Positions 1 to 13,962 of a DNA stretch of 64,000 bases are shown here, piece after piece. The notes beneath the pieces were generated by a model. It ran no database searches. It saw only the letters and a list, made by a program, of their open reading frames with translations, and had not been told where the DNA came from. A program made the position numbers and the translations under genes. The first letter of the stretch is position 1. Each line of letters opens with the position of its first letter. The DNA lies in assembly GCF_009914755.1 (NCBI RefSeq), contig NC_060935.1. One strand, written 5' to 3'. This DNA is from the human T2T-CHM13v2.0 reference genome, Homo sapiens.

Positions 1-150
1 ACTTCCACCACAGTGCCACCAGCAGGATAACCAACTTGTATAATTCCAAAGGCAACATGAATAATGGTAAGATGTTCATTCTTGAAGTGATTAACAGGTG
101 CAGATTGCTATGGAGAAGAGTCAATAAGGAGGCAGAGAGAAGTTACCTTG

Positions 151-505
151 TGATATGGTTTGGCTGGGTGCCCACTCAAATCTCCCCTTGAATTGTAATA
201 ATCTTCATGTGTCAAAGATGGGGCCAGGTGGAGATGACTGAACCACTGGAGCATTTTCCCCCAGACTGTTCTTGTGGTAGTGAATAAATCTCACGAGATC
301 TGATGATTTTATAAATGGGAGTTCCCCTGCACAAGCTCTCTTGCCTGTCACCATGTAAGATGTGACTTTGCTCCTCATTTGCCTTCCGCCTGATTGTGAG
401 GACTCCCCAGCCATGGGGAACTGTGAATCCATTAAACCTCTTTCCCTTATAAATTATCCAGTCTCAGGTATGTGTTTATTAGCAACGTGAGAACAGACTA
501 ATACA
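151..505 (+). mobile_element. THE1-family (MaLR) solo LTR
   Basis: Begins TGATATGGTTTGGCTG and ends GAGAACAGACTAATACA, as in the THE1 consensus; 5-bp TSD ccttg/tcttg. Confidence 0.92.
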
Positions 506-1069
506 TCTTGCTCCTGCTGAAAGGTAGGAAAACTCAGGAAGAGGTGTCCTCAGCTTTAAAAATAGGCATCCAACTCAGAATTCTGAGTGTGAGCTGATGC
601 TCAAGTCAGAGCAAGGACTAATGCCTAGAGGGGTTCAGGTTGTAAACTGTCTACTGAAGGTAGAGGAACACTCTGCTTCTGGCTGGATGCCATCTTAAGG
701 CTGGAAAGAGAATCAGAAATTACTATTTAAAATCTTGTAACGGGAACACATGATAAACTGTTGGGCCCTTGCCCTGAATTGTGTGTGTAACTCAAGTTTC
801 AAGAGAGAGATGGATAGTTAACTAAGTGTACTGTATGCTATTCTATACTGGGTGCTGTGTGGTAAAGAAATGAACAATAAGCAATGGTAACACAGAAAAG
901 CATTTAATTTGAAAAGTGTCAAAATCTGGCTATGCCATTTTGACTTACAAGAGAAATGACTTTTGCTGACTTCTAGGCTTTCCCTGCCAACGAGCGCAGT
1001 GGGATTCAACAATCTCACTGTCAAATGATGTCAATACCATGCTCTGATTCAAGTTGAATGGATTCACGT

Positions 1070-1200
1070 TTAAGCTGGACCACTTATTAGCATAACTTTG
1101 GGCACATCATTTGACCTCTCAGAAACTCATTTTAAAAAATGTTCTGTAAAATGTATCTGTAAAATGGAACTAATAGTAGTATCTACTTCATTAGTCATAT
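1070..1200 (+). mobile_element. MIR fragment
   Basis: MIR core-like: accacttattagc..tttgggcacatcatttgacctctc..atctgtaaaatggaactaatagtagtatctac. Confidence 0.6.
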
Positions 1201-2489
1201 CTTAGCAGAGTAGTGTTGACTTAAATCCTGCTTAACAGTGTTGGTGGCAGGACCACTTGAAACAGTGGCTATAAATACTCTTTGAAAATGGTAAAGCACG
1301 ATACAGATATAAATCATTGATGCTATTGTTTTTTATTTATTATTTAATTTTCAATGCAACTGATTAGAATTTCTGATCTTTAAAAGAAGAGCAGAGTTTT
1401 ATTTTTGCCATTTCTCTCTTTTTTAAAAATAAAATTATGATATATAGTACCATGCCCTGGATATGGAGTCTTTTTAGTAAAGTCTTAGAATGAGGGACGA
1501 CTTCTCTTTTCTCCATCACCTCTCTGAGATCAATAGGGCTTAACAGATTGAGGACGGTTTACAGACAGGAGCTACTTCCATGTCATGTTTTAATACACAG
1601 ATGCAATCTAATGTTCCTGGTCAAGAGGGTAAACATTGTTGCAATACATATATTTGAAAATTGCTTCTCTTCAAATATATATGTATATATATCTGTATAT
1701 ACACAATGTGTGTGTGTGTATAAAATCCTGATGTCTTCTCTACAGTGCTTTCTAGTTGCTAAAATTGATCCAAGTTACATTAAACTAGATGTAGTCTCAA
1801 ACAGAGCCAAGTTGTATAGCTCTGCAACTAGATCTAGCTATATGCTTTTGGTATAAACCTCTTTTTATATTTATTTTTGCGAACATATTTCTTCATATTA
1901 TATGCAAGGAATGTATTTCTTAATTTCCCAGTCAATTAAAATGTGCTTTGATAAAGAGTAAAAAAGACTCAGCATTATCTCTGAGGACAAATGTGCATTA
2001 CTTAATGTAACGGTATATTTAAAATGTGGTTTGATTAATGCCAAATCCTCGGAAGGTACATTTAAGGGAAAAACAGCCAGGGTTATCAAACTAGGAATTC
2101 TTGTCAAAAAAGATCAGTTCCCATTTCATTTCAACCATTTATCTTTGTAGTTGGTAATGTTTTCATACCTTTACAAGATTTTATAAATGAAGTTCTTTTG
2201 ATATCCTTTCAAAAGATGCTTAATAAAGTAATGGAACCAATATATATTTTTTTCACCGACTGTTCATGGTAACTGGGAATGGTTTGCAGAGAATAGGAAA
2301 ATTGCTTTTCTTCAAACTTGCTCAGTAGGGATGAATGGCTAAATTCACTTTTTTTCATACCCGCATTTCATTTAAACACAAATCCCTCTTTTCCCTCACA
2401 CTTGCCTTTCACAAATTTAAGCCAAGTCTACAAAGAGCAGTAAACCAAAGAAAGAACAATGAGACAGTATTTTAGGTTGTAGGGAATCT

Positions 2490-2940
2490 ATTACAGTGGA
2501 AAAATGCTGAATTCTGAATCTGAAAACCTGGGATACAATTTCTACCTTCATGTTGTAATTGGGTCCTTGAGAAAGTTACTTATGCACTAGAAGTTTAATG
2601 ATAACAGTCTCAATTTTTCTATCTACTAAGTGGAGGATAATAAAATCTCTTCTTGTTTCACAGACTTGTATGTAAAATTCAAAAAAGATCATTATCCACA
2701 TTATTGTTAACATTTTTGAGTGCTTCCTGTGAATCAAAAATAAATGCAACATATGTAGTGTGTATTAGTGATCCACTCATAAACACAGCAGCCCTATAAG
2801 AAATGTTCTATTTGCATTTTGTGATCAAGGAAACAGAGTTTCAGGGAAGTTAGTTAATAGACTTGCCCAAGGTTATAAGTCAATACATGATACAGCCAGG
2901 ATTAGAATTCAAGCAAATATTGAAGTCTGTGCAGTTAACA
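2490..2940. mobile_element. Two degraded MIR fragments, + then -
   Basis: ccttgagaaagttactta..cagtctcaatttttctatc (+); gaaacagagtttcagggaagttag..gacttgcccaaggt (-). Confidence 0.55.
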
Positions 2941-3154
2941 TTATATAAACTTCCATGATCATAGATATACATGCACTTAGGAAATCATAAAACACCAGGC
3001 AAATGCATATGAATTACTATTTACAATTTAAGTAGGGGCTTAGAATGAGATAAACTAACTGGCAATGTGACTGCTATTTCATAAGAGGTTGATAGAAGAT
3101 ATTTAGTACAAGGTCAGTGTTCATCTTGATTTTTATTATATGTTAAAACTTCAG

Positions 3155-3439
3155 GGCCAGGCGTGGTGGCTCACACCTGTAATCCCAGCACTTTGGGAGG
3201 CCAAAGCCATCGGATCACCTTAGGTCAGGAGTTCAAGACCAGCCTGACCAATGTGGTGAAACCCTGTCTCTACTAAAAATACAAAAATTAGCCAGGCATG
3301 GTCGTGGGCACCTGTAATCCCAGATACTCGGGAGGCTGAGGCAGAATTGCTTGAACCCAGGAGGCAGAGGCTGCAGTGAGCTGAGATCGCACCACTGACT
3401 CAAACCTGGGCAACAGAGCGAGACTCCACCTCAAAAAAA
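3155..3439 (+). mobile_element. Full-length AluS
   Basis: Dimeric Alu starting GGCCAGGCGTGGTGGCTCAC; short A tail; TSD aaaacttca (3145-3153 / 3436-3444). Confidence 0.97.
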
Positions 3440-4224
3440 CTTCAAAGAAGAAAGTCTCCACCCCATGAAGTTAGAGAGAGGTATGTAGTCAATCTTCTTA
3501 CCTTAGCTGTATCTTTACTATCGTTTCCCCCTCCCAGCACCCACAAATTATGCTAATTTATGCCCCAGATTGGTACTTAATTTAAAAAAAAAACCTAATG
3601 TATTTCACAAATATTTGTTGAATATCTATTATGATTCATTTCTTTATCCATTCTGTACATTCAGCCATGTAAAAATTCTACATAGGAAGACAGAACAAGC
3701 TAAATCTATTATAAAGCTATAAGCTGAGTGTCTTATGGGAGGTCAGAGGAAGAGCCAAGAGTCTCAAAGGAAGTGAGAGATATCCCCAGGAAAAAAAGAT
3801 GGTGAGAATATTCTGAATTATAAACTAGTACATGCAAAGGTAGGAATACCAAAGAAAAAGGGTGTATATGAGCTGAGGGTATATGTATTAGATGGACTTG
3901 GTTTCTAAGCCATCAGGTGTGCACTGGTGTAACTGGGAAGTGGGCTACATGGAAGGATGTGATGGAAGAGGCAAGTATCTTCACTAAAGATTCTGGGCTA
4001 AAAGAGGTCAATAAGACCAGGCCATGCAGCTCAAAATGCTAGTGCCCTCATGTACGTACTTAAAGTGTCCTATCAGGTACCATCAGGAAAATACCTGTTA
4101 TGACCCTGAAATAAGTCTAATCGCAAAAGGACAATAGAATCCACTAGTGTTCTGAAATTGCAGTACTCTCTTTAACCTGTACTCTTCCACTCTCCCCTTG
4201 GGATCACAGTCAAAAGGTATTCCC

Positions 4225-6727
4225 GGTTCATCTGGTATCCACAGAGCCAGTAAGACCATGGCCACCTCCTCAGTGTCTAAGGGCTGCTTTGTTTTTAAGC
4301 CAAACTCCAAAAAGAGAAAGATCTCTGTGCCAATGGAGGACTATTTTAACAAAGGGAAAAATGAGCCTAAGGACAGTAAGCTTCAATTTGGAACTTAGTT
4401 GATATGGCAGCAAATGAAATCTGAAAATGAGCCACTACAAGAGGAATTAAATAAAAACTTGTTTGACAATCTAACTGAATTTCTGCAAAAATCTCATTCT
4501 GGATTCCAGAAGAATTCAAGAGACTTGGGCTGTCAAACAAAACTCAGAGAAATTCCAACTGCTGCTCTTGTTCTTGGTGTGAAAGTCACAGATCATGATT
4601 TAACATTCAGAAGTCTAACAGAGGCCCTTCAGAATAAAGTCACACCATATGTAGTCTCATCGCAAGCTAAAGACTGTCCAGATATGAAACATTTTTTGCA
4701 AAATTTGGTCTCATAATTAATGAACTGCTGTGTACATCTAAAATCCAAAGAGGGGGAAAGCGTTCAGGTCACCCAGAGAAATACACATTATTTAATGGAT
4801 TCACTTTCCAGTTGGTACATGACTGTCACACAGAAGACAGACCCAAAAATGCCAAGCAAAAAGAGGACTACTTCTAGCCAATGGCAGTCTCCTCCTGTTT
4901 TGGCTACCTTAAAGGATATGGAAAGCTTTGCCACAAAAGTACTGCAAGATTTCATAATTATCAGCAGTCAACATCTGCATGAATTTCCACTAATACTCAT
5001 TGTGGGAATCGCCACATCTATTATCAACCACCGATTGTTTCCTCATGCAGTATCATCTCTGTTGTGTATAGAACTGTTCCAATTTTTGTCTTGCAAGGAG
5101 CATCAGACTATGGTACTCAATAAGCTACTTCTTACAACTCAGTTTCCCTTTAAAATAAATGAAAAAGTATTGCAGGTTCTGACCAACATCTTTTTGTATC
5201 ATGATTTCTTGATTCAAAACTTTATAAAAGTCTTCAACTTTCTTTATTAGAGCATTTCTGTTCCCAGCCCTTAAGTGTCCTGTGCTGTAATCTTCCATAA
5301 GTCAAAAGAAGAATAAATTTTTTATCAAATAATCAATGTGAAAACATCTGACGTCTTCCATCTTTTAGGAGATATGTGGAAAAGCAAGCTTCAGAAAAGC
5401 AAGTTGCGCTCTTGACCAGTGAGAGATGTTTGAAGAAGGAAACGCAATTATTACTAGAAAACCTGCATGTTTATCATATGAATTACTTTCTGGTTTTGAG
5501 ATGTGTTCATAAGTTCACCTCTTCTCTTCCCAAGTATCCACTAGGTCGACAGATCAGAGAGTTGTACCGCATGTTTAGAAAAGAACATCCGGAATTCAGA
5601 GGAGTACGCATCAGTCTTGCAGCTGCTGAAGATGTTGGCAAAGGATGAACTGATGACCATACTTGAGAAATGTTTCGAGGTTTTTAAATCTTCTTGTGAA
5701 AAGCACCTTGGCAGCACAGCTAAGAGAATACAGGAGTTCCTGGCCCAGTTTCAGAGCTTCGATGAAACCAAAGAGGTAGAAGATGCTTCTGGTTCATAGC
5801 CAAAGGGGCTTCAGAAGGCAGACCTCTATCATCTTCAGAAGTCTTTACTGGAAATGAAGGAGTTAAGCAGAAGTAAAAAGCAAACCAAATTTGAAGTACT
5901 CAGAGAAAAGGTTGTGAACTTCATGACTGTCTAGTGAGAGAATACCTTCTGCCTCCCGAGACACAGCCTCCATGAGGTGGTGTGCTTCAGCGCCGCCCAT
6001 GCCCTTCGTAGGCATTTAATGCTGCTCCGTGAATTGCCCTCCATACTGCACTTAACAATCCTTACTATTCTCTAAAGAATGAAGCACTGAAAAGGGAAGA
6101 AGGGTGCATTCCAAATATCACCCCAGACATCTGCATAGCATACAAATTGTACCTAGAGTGTCGCAGGCTAATCAACCTTGTGGACTATTCACAGGCTTTT
6201 GCAACAATTTTGACAGCTGCTGAAAAAATGGATGCAAATTCTACATCCTCAGAAGAAATGAATGAAATTATCTATGCTTGGTGTATTAGAACTGTTTTTG
6301 AACTAGAACTTTTAGGATTTATAAAACCTACCAAACAGAAGACTGACCATGTGGCAAGGCTAACATGGGGAGGCTGCTAGAAAGCAAATGAGCAAAGCCA
6401 GAACTATCAGATTTAGCTTAAGAGAAAAAGGTGACCAGTCATATTTACATACACTAGAGGAGTGGAGGAGCCTGTTTTGGTGAGAAGATAAATGTGTAAT
6501 CCTTATGTGATGTTTATCCAGAAAAGTACATTGCTAACTCCAAACAGGCATATATCAAAACAACTGTGGAATACTTTAGAGTCCAACAAATAATATATAT
6601 AACTAAAACTGCTCACACATTTTACTGTACTTTCCACAAAGTCATTACTAAATTGTGAGTAAATCATTCTTGAACTTATAGTATACAAATGTAATGAATT
6701 CCTTTACCCAGGAGTATAAATTTTTTA
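4225..6727 (+). pseudogene. ORC3: Processed (retrotransposed) pseudogene of ORC3, origin recognition complex subunit 3; the symbol given is the parent gene
   Basis: ORF fragments read [23 protein letters not shown] at ATG 4258 through [18 protein letters not shown] at stop 6378-6380. They are colinear with the ~711-aa ORC3 protein and have no introns. 5' and 3' UTR remnants are present. Premature stops at 4396, 4714, ~5298, ~5349, 5797 and ~6030; frameshifts near 5231, 5568 and 5920-6020. TSD aaaaggtattccc (4212-4224) / aaaaagtattccc (6728-6740). Confidence 0.97.
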
Positions 6728-7691
6728 AAAAAGTATTCCCTTTGACTTATCAGTACCTGAAGAATATTTTCAGAATGAACATGGTTAGGGTCCCTTTGCT
6801 GATTACAAAATAGCCAGTTCTTTATCAGAGATGGATTCTTCTTTTAGTCAGTGGCTTAGGTTGGATTACTGCATATTATTTCAACTTAATCTTTTATTTC
6901 AGTGATGGTCCTGCCAAATCTCATATTGGCATGACCAAAACTTCAGGCTAGGGCTTGAGATTAATACTGTGCTTGTGAGATCCCATAGTCAGAAACTCTA
7001 TGGTTTGTGAAGGAAACCCAGGATGCACTCAGCTGGCAGAGCTTTTAACATCACATTCAGAGTGAGTCCAGTCTGCTCTAGCATGGTGGCAACAGCTCAG
7101 CAGTGCTAATAGGAGTAATAACTCACATTTGTCTGTAAGAAAATAGAACTAGAAGTCACAGACAGAAAATAAATCAAGGTGGAAGGCGCTAAGTTCAGCC
7201 TCACTCTTTTTTTCATAATCTCACGAGTATTCCACATTTTAAAGAAAGCTACTCCTTCAGACGAAGGGAAGAAGAGAGTGTCCCAACCACTCTGTGCCAA
7301 GCATTGTGCAGAAACTTTCCCATGAAAGTTCCCAGTTAATCTTCATATCTCAGTGAGTTATTTTAATCCCACTTCACAGACTTACATTATATGAGTCTCC
7401 AAAGGCTAAAACACTTGCCCCTGTCACATGGTTAATAGGTGACAGAGTAAGCTTCCAAATCCAACATATGTCATAGTACATACTAACTGTTCACTGACCT
7501 GCAAAGTACTAAGTCACTGCCTTGAACAAAATGATTTTAAAACATCTTTCTTTCTGAGATGTGGCTTCAGATACATTTACCATGCCTTCTCAGTCCTTTA
7601 CCATTTAAGTGTGGCTAATTCTATTCAATAAGATATTGAGTAGCTTTCATGTGGCAGGTATGCTAGATAACAGAGGTATAATGTTGCATGA

Positions 7692-8066
7692 TGCTATGGA
7701 CTGATGTTATATGCCCCCAAAATTTACATGTTAAAATCCTAACCTCCAATGTGACAATATAGGTAGCTGAGACCTTTGGGTGGTGTTTAGGTCATGAGCG
7801 TGGAGACCACATAAATGGGATTGGTGCCCTTACAAAGGAGACCCCAGAGAGTTTCCTCATTTCTTCTGCCGCATGAGGACACAGAGAGAAGATTGCCATC
7901 AATGAACCAGGAAGCTGGCCCTCACCAGAAGCTGAATCTCTAGTGCCTTGATTTTAGAGCTCTCAGCCTCTAGAACTGTGACAAATAAATGTTTGCTACA
8001 TGCTTGTTGTGTAAGCTACCCAGTCTATGGTATTTTTGTTATAGCAACTTGAATGGACTAAGGACA
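7692..8066 (+). mobile_element. MLT1A-type MaLR solo LTR
   Basis: TGCTATGGACTGA...tttgttatagca..gaatggactaaggaca termini; AATAAA; TSD catga/gatga. Confidence 0.88.
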
Positions 8067-9084
8067 GATGAGGACCAGTTTTTGTCCACACTTATTTTGT
8101 TATTTCTTCAACATATGTTGAGCGCTTGTATGTGCCAAGCACTGAACTAGATTCTCAGAGCACAACAGTGAGTGAAACAGCTATAATTGCTGGAATGGCT
8201 TATAGTTCAATGAGGCTCATTGTCTTTGGAAGTGGTGATGATAGCCTCTGGCTGGTGATACATACTCTTCACTTCTGGCTGAGGTGATGAATTTTTACTT
8301 ACTGACATACTTTTTCATATTTTAATCACACATTTATAAGACATCTGTAATGCAATTAAAGGTAAAGAAAGACAATGAAATTGAATATTTCAGAATTTAG
8401 TTGATCCTCTGATCAAATATCTTTCAAAATCTATGCTTTCATTTGAACTAAAGCTCAAGAGTCGTGCTTAAGAAACAATTTAACAATTTTCAGTAAGAAT
8501 GCATTCACTGATTCTATTTCTTAAAGAGTTTTTTCCTATGAAGAAAATCTATCTCAAAGTGGTAGTCATTTATTGACCAAAGAATACATTTATCCACCTT
8601 TTCTGCTAGATGTTTTCTAAAAACACCATTGAGAAAGTAGGATCTGAGCAATAAAGAGTTAACCCCAAATCAAATTAATAATAATTTTTAAAAATTTAAC
8701 AAAGCCATCAGTGACATAGAAATACAACATATAATGCATTATATATTTACAAAGTAAGAGTCAATGTTAAGGGTGGATGAGATAGTTAAATAGCATGTTT
8801 ATTTAATAAGCATGTACAATGAGTGTCTCTCGTATGAAACCATACTATATATTTTCAATTAAGGCATTATACTTAGCAGACTAGAAAAATGATTATGGGA
8901 AAGAGTTTAATATCTTTAAAATAAATAGGTTCTGGTAACTTACCTAAGAGAAAAATATTTGGATGTGGTTTACAGATTACTTTTAGAAACTGATGATGAA
9001 TTTCCCAGAGTTGTTTACCTGCTATGAACAATAATAAAAAATGTTATCTTGGCTGTTTAGAAGTACCCAGTCATTAAAAGGAAA

Positions 9085-9275
9085 GCCAGTGGAGGTGGGA
9101 GTATTGACTGGGAAGGGCCACAGGGAGACTTTCTGGCTTGATAGAAATGTCATGTGTCTTGATAGGGCTGTGGGTTATGCGTATAAATTAATTTGTCAAA
9201 AATCATGGGACTATGTTTTTAAGTTCTGTGCCTTTCACTCTATGAAAATTATAACTCAATAAAAGTACTAGTAAA
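9085..9275 (+). mobile_element. Old L1 (L1ME/L1MC-type) 3' end
   Basis: attgactgggaagggccacagggagactttctgg..gatagaaatgt..ttataactcaataaa matches old L1 3' UTR termini. Confidence 0.7.
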
Positions 9276-9873
9276 ATTTTAAAAATGTAAACTGTGGTAA
9301 AGGAAAGACTTCTTGCTTATTTCTCAAAATCCTGGCTTGTACCTTGTTTAGACCCTCTGTCTCACATTACACAAAGGCATCTCAGGAAATGGAACACCAG
9401 CCTGTGGCTTGCTCTGGAGAGTGGCCCAGTGTCTTATGCCATGGCCATATTTTACTGTTGAGATGGCAGAATAATGGACTTACTGTGTGCAAGTGTGCTC
9501 ATGTGCACACACGTATGGGGGTTCACATGGTGTATATGCATCTGAATGTGTTCCTTTCCTTTTTTGAGCCTCATTTTCTCCTTCTACCTAAAGGGAATCA
9601 TAACATTGGCTCTATCTTACTAAGAACACCTGTGATTTGGTTCAGTGAGATCACAGATTTGAAACATCTTCCAAAACTCTTAACATTGATGATTGTGTTC
9701 AAATTATTATTTTCTGATTCAAAAACTGATGTGTTGTGGGAAGGGTGTGAATAAGTAGATACATGTCCCTAAACTGCCTATTAACTTTCTTCCCCTGAAA
9801 ATCCCCAGGGTTTATCTTTCTCAGAAAATGCTTCAGCAGGTAGCAGCATTTATAGCTGCTGCTTCTTTCTTCA

Positions 9874-10161
<288 letters not shown>

Positions 10162-12158
10162 TTACTGACTGCCTACAATATGCTATTTTTACAGAGACTC
10201 TAGAGACATGTTTTTTTTTGTTTTTGTTTTTGTTTTTTCCTGGGTCAGTAGTACAGCTTTGTTCCTAAGCAAACTAGGCTAAAGATCAACCTACTGAGAT
10301 TAGTTGTGTGGCCACTTTCCCCTGACCCCAAGTGTCTTTTCTGTACCAAGCATGTGTCTTCAACCTGGATGAGTTTCTCACCTATGGAAACTGAAATAAT
10401 TTCCAAGGCTTTTGTCTTCTAAGCTTGATCTCAATCTGCTGAAAGGGGTGGAGTGGATGCTTTTCAAGTTAATAATGCACTGGGGCTCTTATTCCAGTGC
10501 CTCAGAAATATTTGAGTTGCTAGCATATGGGGAGTTATGATTGGAATATCCATTCCAATGGCAACTTTCCTTCCACAAAGATTTTCTGTAAAGAATTTGC
10601 ATTTGTATACCTTTACAACAACTATAAAAGTTTGAGTTGAGTACTTGGAAATTTAGTGAATCTACTCTCAAGGGTAATTAGAGGAGAATCAAATAAGAAT
10701 TGGGAATATCAAAAGAGTCAACATAGAGGTGGAACTGAAGTGTTTTTGCTTGTTTGTTTGTTTTTTGTAATAAAGCTTTGGGCAAGATTAAAAAAAAAAA
10801 AAAGTAGAAGCCTCTGTGTGCTGAGAGAGAGAGCCCTAAGGCTAAGTATGAAAACTTTGACCTGAACTTCTCAGTAGCCAAGCTCGGAATACAACCTTGG
10901 TGTCTGAAGTATGCCCAGCTACTTACCAATCACCCAGAACTTTTTCCATCTCAAATATTCATAGTTCCTATGGGTTTTCGAAATTTTGAAATATTGTCAT
11001 CATAAAAACAGAAAGACATTACCATTTATGTGAAGGAAAGTCACAAAACCAAATGCCTCTTGCCCTTCATCATGCCCATAAAACAAATGTACAAGGCTAA
11101 CCTAGAGGCTGCAAGGGAGTTGAAACCCTGAAACTTCCAAAAGTTAGTAAATGAAAATTAATTGCACAGAGGCCATTCTAATTTAGCATGCATAAAATAT
11201 CATTAGTGCTATCTATATTGAGTGTTCTGTTTTTACTGTTATATTTCAGTAAACATAAAAATTAAACCTTTCCTAGGTTTTACTCCTGATCTCCTTGCTA
11301 CTAAGTCTTTATTTTCCATAATGTCTTAATTCTTGAAATACAAACCATTCCTCCATGACATTTTTCAGAAACCTAATCCTAGTGGTTAGAAAGTAAGGAT
11401 TATATTGTATTATAAAATAGGTTATTATTGTCATCATGTGGGCAGAAATGAAAATTACATATTGTGATAAATATGAAAGCAATTATAGCTTATAGTCTTC
11501 CTGAGCCTCAGTTTCCTTATCTGTGAAATCTGTGCATGTGAGCGAGGGTGATGGACTTAGTAGTAGTTAAAGCCTCTTCCACCCCTAACTTCTCAGTCTA
11601 TTCACATTTCTCACAAATCTAAGTGCAAGAAACCAACTTCAGAGACAAGACTGCTAGTTCTTTCTCATTAAGATTGAATTTGCATTTAGAAAGTGTGAAA
11701 TTTAGGAAAAAATAATTGCTAGAAAAACAGAAAAAGCAATGATATTTTTATGTCACTCCATTTACTTCCTTTTTCTGAAATCAAATAGTTCTAAATTCGT
11801 TAGCAAGACATCCATGATTTCCATGATATTTCTCTAAATTCCCTTTCTAATTCCATTTGTCCACTCATCCTGCAACAGGCAACCAGCTCACTAGTTCAGG
11901 TAATACGCTGGGGATTGCCCCCACCAGTTACTTGTGTATTTTCTCCTCCCATCCAGGAAAGCCCTTTCTTCTATCTGCTTATCAAAATTGTACCCATTCT
12001 TTACGGTCAAAGCTCAAACACTCACTTTTTTTAACTAGGTCTTTCTAATTAGACCAATCTCCCTTCTCTTTCAATCTCTAAGCATCTTAGAGGCACAGCC
12101 TATTAATGTTGAAGGGCTTATTTTATTATTTTTTATATTAAAGTTAAAATATCATATA

Positions 12159-12501
12159 TAGTAGTCCCTGCTTATTCCCCCAGGGGGTATGTTCCAAGAA
12201 CCCCAGGGAATGCCTGAAACCATCAATAGTACTAAATCCTATTTATACATTTTTCCCATATATACACACCTATGATAAAGTTTAATTTATAAATTAGGCA
12301 CAGTAAGAAATTAACAAAAATAGCTAACAATAAGGTAGAACAAATACAACAATATACTGCAATAAAAGTTATGTGAATGTGGTCTCTCCCACTCTGTCTA
12401 TCAAAGTATCTTACTGTACTGTCCTCAGCTATTTTTGGACCATGGTTGACCATGGGTAACTGAAACCACTGTAAGTGAAATTGTAGATAAGGGGGCTACT
12501 A
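12159..12501. mobile_element. MER44A-like TcMar-Tigger non-autonomous DNA transposon
   Basis: Terminal inverted repeats tagtagtccctgcttat / ataagggggctacta, flanked by TA; internal atgataaagtttaatttataaattaggcacagtaaga motif. Confidence 0.88.
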
Positions 12502-13939
12502 TACTTTTCTTCTTACATTAAGAGCTTTTTGAGGGCAAAATTTAGGTCTTCTTGTTTGTACTTTTTTATGCTTACACTTCATGCAAGTATTTAGCAAAAT
12601 GCTTTATAATGTCTTCAAAATAGTACCAGAGTAAGGTCTGGAATTTTGAGTTCCAGTTTTAGGCCCTTTATCAACTAATTATGCAGCCATACACATATTA
12701 TTTAAACTCTATTAACCTCAATTATCTCATGTAATATAAGGATAAAAACATCCACTCCACTTGGAGGATTAAATGCCAAAGAGCTTTTAAAATTCTAAAA
12801 TATTATATTACTTTAAGAATGAAAGTTATTAATGTTGTTCTTATAATTTTATTATTATGGTAGTCACTCAATGACCACTAAATGTGTCTTTAAAAGTGAA
12901 AAAGCAAAAATAAGTAGATAATAAATGTCACATTTGAATGTGGTTATAACAGAATGGAATGACTATACTCATTTATTTTTTCTCTCTCCCCAAACTCTAT
13001 TAAAATAAAATTAAAGGAAATTTTTAGTAGCTAAAAAAGCAACATTACAAAGAGAAAAATGAGGAGACAAGAGCAGACAAGGGATTTCTATGAACTTTTA
13101 GAAATTTGAAAGTGGATGAAGGAGTAATAACTGGCATAGCGGAGCAGGGGTCATTTTACCCTCTAAACCTGGAGAAGGATATTTCAAGGAGAAATCAGAG
13201 GATCCTCCCTAGGAGCCCAGGAAAGACTTGCAGCTAACGGCACCTGGGAAGGTGTCAGTGAAGGAGGGATGGAAATGAAACTACTGTGTGTAGAGTAGTT
13301 TTTCTTCATATCCCCTCTGTCTTCTGTATTCCCGTGGTCAGACATTATTTCATTCCTATTCTCTTCTCTCTCTGTTCCTCCAGTCCCAGGAGACCAGAGG
13401 TTTATATGCTAAGGAAGTGAACCTTAGAGGTTCTGGACTTGAGTGCACCAGGCACAGGGAAGGATGGAGGTCAGATGTGGGACCAAAAACATAGGGAGAT
13501 GAAGTGAATGTCTCCATTTTGTATGGTAATGGTAGTGCTCTCAGCTTCCTTTCTCTCCCTGCTCTTAAATGCAAGGAATAAGGCAGTTATCTTCAAAGCT
13601 AGAGACTGGAAGATTCCTCTCTGGAAAAAATATAAGAGAGAGTTCAGGGATATGACACACAGATAATGACATATGGAGGTTCTCCAATTGGGTTGGGGGC
13701 AGATAATGGGTAAAAAACAGGCAAAAAGCAAAACAAAACAAAACAAAAAAACCTGTTTGTCATCTCATTTCTCTAAAGTGAAGCAGAGAAGTTAAGGCTT
13801 ACTGTTCCCCAATTGCCATCCTCCCACACAGGGAATCTCTAATTTGCTTTTTACTGACTCATATTTAAATATGAAGTAGCATTTAATGAAGGAATATCTT
13901 TAATTTGAGGAGAAAGGTGGGGGGGTGGAGAGAAAGTGG

Positions 13940-13962
13940 GAGAGAGAGAGAGAGAGAGAGAG
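13940..13962 (+). repeat. (GA)n microsatellite in a purine-rich tract
   Basis: Seen directly. Confidence 0.9.

Noticed and set aside
4198-6380. Run of adjacent + strand ORFs that could look like an operon, or a readthrough/frameshift-recoded gene
   Set aside because: All are consecutive pieces of one ORC3 CDS broken by many random stops (including CGA>TGA decay) and frameshifts; TSD and absence of introns indicate a dead retrocopy
9344-9754. 136-aa ORF
   Set aside because: Non-ATG start, overlaps a degenerate TG-rich/MIR-like sequence, no homology recognised
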